From the human T2T-CHM13v2.0 reference genome, Homo sapiens: DNA of 64,000 bases. The first letter of the stretch is position 1. The number at the start of each line of letters is the position of its first letter. Location: the NCBI RefSeq assembly GCF_009914755.1, contig NC_060930.1. One strand, given 5' to 3'. The notes under the pieces are model-generated. The model saw only the letters and a program-made list of their open reading frames with translations, was not told where the DNA came from and did not search any database. The position numbers and the translations under genes were made by a program. Shown here piece by piece: positions 59,979 to 64,000 of this stretch.

Positions 59979-62122
59979 AGAAGGTTATTTAATTTCCTAA
60001 TATCTGAGATTTCTCAGATATCTTCATTATTGATTTCTAGTTTAATTTCAGTATCACAATATAACATATTTTGGATGATCTCAATTCTCAATTCTTAATT
60101 AAAATAATAATTGCCAAATATCACCTATACAATGTGATACAGTCTACACACATAATAAGCACACACACATACACACACAGACAAAGTACTAGAAGCCATA
60201 GAGTAAAAAATAATGGTGACTCAGAAGACTTCACAGAATTGTTAGACTTGGGCCTTTTAGGGTAAGTTGGTTTCATTAGGTAGGCAAAACAAAATGGATA
60301 TTTTAAGCAGAAGAAACAGAATGAAGTGGGGAGCATTTGGGGAGCAACAATTCCCTTGTTAAGCTGGATACTAGAATGGAAAAGTATTTAACACTGGAAA
60401 GAAATCAGCTATTTATGAAAAGGAGGAAGGCTGAACTTACATATCTTTCTAAAGAGATTAGACTTTAAACCGTTGCTATGAGGAGCTATTACATATTTTA
60501 AATAGAGGAATGTATCATCAGTTTCTCAAAAGATATCACAGGCAATAACGTAGAGAGGATGGAATGGGAGGCAAAGAAAGATGCAGGTCAAGAATATCAG
60601 TTAAAAAGCCATCAAAATAATTTAAGAGAGAGGTAATGCATGCCTGAACTAAGGCACCGGTCCTGAGAATTATAATAAAATATATACTTAAGGTATATTT
60701 ATGAATAATAATCAATAGGAATTGGTGACCAGTTGGATATGAGGAATTTAAAATGTATTAAGCGTAATCTCCAGGTGGCTGGCTTGGGACAAGGGGATTG
60801 CTATACACTGAGCCAAGAAATGAAAAATTGTACAGGACTGGGGACGAAAGTGATGAGTTGTATTCTGAAAACATTTCATCTGAGGCATGCTTTGGAATAT
60901 TCGAGTTAGGAATGTTGGTATTTTTTTTCTAAATTTGCAATGATAAAAAAATAGTCTAAAAATGTAAAGGAGCATGCCTCATCAAGCTGGCATTGGGAAG
61001 CAGGGATCTTGAGGAGAGAAATCTAAAACAGAGATATAGAGGTTTATGAGTAGATAAAAAACATAAAGGAGAGTAAGACTGCCTGGGAAAAACACAAAGG
61101 GAGGAGAAAGATATTTTCAGAAGAATTTTATGACCTATTTGAAGAAACCAAAAAGAAGTTTTTTAAATAGGAAAAGAAACTACAGAGAGTGGAATTTTTG
61201 AAGCCAATGAAAGAGAGGACATGAAGAAAATTGTCAAAATTCTGAAAAGTCAAAAAAGATAGGGACTGATAATGGCATTAATTTGCTACTTAGTAGATAT
61301 TACTAGTTTTAGATTAATTAGGCTGAAATGTTAGCATGCTGAAATGCTTATTAAAATATTTAGTGAGTTTTTTCAAGATGGTAAGACATCTGAACTTAAT
61401 AGCCTAAATTGCCACTTTTAGCATATCAAATTTTGACAAAATATTGTATATCAACAGAACTATACATATTTAGAGCAGTTAAGTTGAAATCAGTTTACAT
61501 ACTAAAACTATTTTTTCCACAATAGAAATTTATTAAATGCTGTTATGTGGAAATATTGATGAATCAGGCATACAAAAACCTTGCACTCGATGAGAGTTTC
61601 ATATGGACAAGACCTAAAGGAGAAAGCCTAAATATTCCCGATGGACTTCGTAAAGGACCTGACCTGGATTTTGTGTTTACAGAAAGCATTCAGCTGATTT
61701 ATTATAATTCATGACAAAGAATTATAAAGAAATTGATAATTTAAATATGAGAAAGAACATGATAATTTAAATCTTACCATTCCTTCTATGTCAACTGCAG
61801 CATCCTCCACAGACCTTCTAATCATCACTTCAACAAAATGGTTTTCTCTCCATGCTTTGCATTCCCAAAATATTCTCCAGAGTACACAGACATGCACTTT
61901 TCTATTCTCAAGAAAATCAGTTTTGTTATTTCTTTTCAAAAATATGCTAAAGCACCCAGCAGAATACCTGACGCTTAGCAAATTATTAGTAAATATATAA
62001 TGTAAATATTTTTCATTAACTAAATATTGAGCATCTCAATGATGTATCCATTAATAAAATATTTATGTGTAAACCCTGGAGAATATAAAGAGCATCATCA
62101 AATGAAATGAGCAAACAAAAGT

Positions 62123-64000
62123 GGTTGGCAGCAGTTCCAAGATGGCAGAATAGGAACAGCTCCAGTCTACAGCTCCCAGCCTGAGTGATGCAGAAGACGA
62201 GTGATTTCCACATTTCCAACTGAGGTACCAGGTTCATCTCACTGGGGCTTGTCAGACAGTGGGGGCAGGATAGTGGGTGCAGCCTACTGAGCATGAGCTG
62301 AAGCAGGGTGAGGCATTGCCTCACCCGGGAAGCACAAGGGGTCAGGGAATTCCCTTTACTAGCCAAGGGAAGTGGTGACGGATGGCACCTGGAAAATCGG
62401 GTCACTCTCACCCTAATACTGCACTTTTCCAGTGGTCTTAGCAAATGGCACACCAGGAGATTATATCCCATGCCTGGCTTGGAGGGTCCCACGCCCATGG
62501 AGCCTCGCTCATTCCTAGCGCAGCAGTCTGAGATCAAACTGCAAGGCAGCAGCGAGGCTGAGGGAGGGACGCCTGTCATTGCTGAGGCTTGAGAAGGTAG
62601 ACAAAGCAGCTGGGAAACTCAAACTGGGTGGAGCCCACCGCAGCTCAAGGAGGCCTGCTTGCATCTGTAGACTCCACCTCTGTGGGCAGGGCATAGCCGA
62701 ACAAAAGACAGCAGAAACCTCTGCAGACTTAAATGTCCCTGTTTGACAGTTTTGAAGAGAATAGTGGTTCTCGCAGCACAGAGTTTGAAATCTAAGAATG
62801 AACATACTGCCTTCTCAAGTGGGTCCCTGACCCCCAAGTAGCCTAACTGGGAGGCACCCTCCAGTAGGGGCAGACTGACACCTCACACAGCTGGGTACCC
62901 CTCTGAGACGAAGCTTCCAGAGGAACGATCAGACAACAACATTTGCTGTTCAGCAATATTTGCTGTTCTGCAACCTCCGCTTCTGACACCCAGTCAAACA
63001 GGGTCTGGAGTGGACCTCCAGCAAAGTCCAACAGACCTGCAGCTGAGGGTCCTGACTGTTAGAAGGAAAACTAACAAACAGAAAGGACATCCACACCAAA
63101 ACCCCATCTATACATCACCATCATGAAAGACCAAAGGTAGATAAAACCACAAAGATGGGGAAAAAACAGAGCAGAAAAGCTGAGAATTCTAAAAATCAGA
63201 GCAACTCTCCCCCTCCAAAGGAATGCAACACCTCGCCAGCAATGGAACAAAGCTGGATGGAGAATGACTTTGACGAGTTCAGAGAATAAGGTTTCAGATG
63301 ATCAAACTTCTCTGAGCTAAAGGAGGATGTTCGAACCCATTGAAAAGAAGCTAAAAACCTTGAAAAAAGATTAGACAATTGGTTAACTAGAATAAACAGT
63401 ATAGAGAAGTCCTTAAATGAGCTGATGGAGCTGAAAACCATGGCACGAGAACTACATGATGAATGCACAAGCTTCAGTAGCCGATTCGATCAACTGGAAG
63501 AAAGAGTATCAGTGATTGAAGATTAAACAAATGAAAGGAAGCGAGAAGAGAAGTTTAGAGAAAAAAAGAGTAAAAAGAAATGAACAAAGCCTCCAAGAAA
63601 TATGGGACTATATGAAAAGACCAAATCTACATCTGATTGGTGTACCTGAAAGTGATGGGGAAAATGGAACCAAGTTGGAAAACACTCTGCAGGATACTAT
63701 CCAGGAGAACTTCCCCAATCTAGCAAGGCAGACCAACATTCAAATTCAGGAAATACAGAGAATGCCACAAAGATATTCCTTGAGAAGAGCAACTCCAAGA
63801 CACATAATTGTCAGATTCACCAAAGTTGAAATGAAGGAAAAAATGTTAAGGGCAGCCAGAGAGAAAGGTTGGGTTACCCACAAAGGGAGGCCCAGCAGAC
63901 TAACAGCAGATCTCTCGGCAGAAACTCTACAAGCCAGAAGAGAGTGGGGACCAATATTCAACATTCTTAAAGAAAAGAATTTTCAACCCAGAATTTCATA
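62123..64000 (+). mobile_element. L1PA (about PA5-8) with intact 5' end, sense-oriented in GFRAL intron 3; runs off the window
   Basis: YY1 core caagatggc at 62138-62146, complete 5' UTR, ORF1 ATG at 63155 with several stops. Confidence 0.95.

Larger units (their letters stand above)
56310..60090 (-). mobile_element. Highly degraded old L1 (L1MC/MD/ME-type) with nested elements
   Basis: Recognisable antisense ORF2 and 3' remnants (ctattctgttccattg, agtcttgaaatcaagtag, gtggacatcttacc). Confidence 0.75.

Overview
Primate genomic DNA, most likely human (HCRTR2-GFRAL locus, which I recall as chr6p12.1). It is AT-rich and repeat-dense, and both genes lie on the + strand. The window holds the last two canonical coding exons of HCRTR2 (orexin receptor 2; 1931-2052 and 3833-4062) and coding exons 1-3 of GFRAL (GDF15 receptor; 49164-49185, 53324-53458, 55395-55553). 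About 45 kb of Alu, L1, L2, MaLR and DNA-transposon relics separate them. Main findings: (1) an intact 55-nt exon at 6175-6229 that, spliced from a donor overlapping the HCRTR2 stop codon, would add 17 aa (CLQQGPPSSLPSTWLDV) closely matching the rodent OX2R long (beta) C-terminus; (2) a twin-primed, 5'-inverted, near-full-length L1PA whose antisense promoter now faces its own RT half and GFRAL; (3) a strong splice acceptor 24 nt before the GFRAL ATG, plus atypical AAG/GAG GFRAL acceptors; (4) a 187-aa extended L1 ORF0 antisense to GFRAL. Repeat subfamily calls and reference protein comparisons are from memory, not from database searches.
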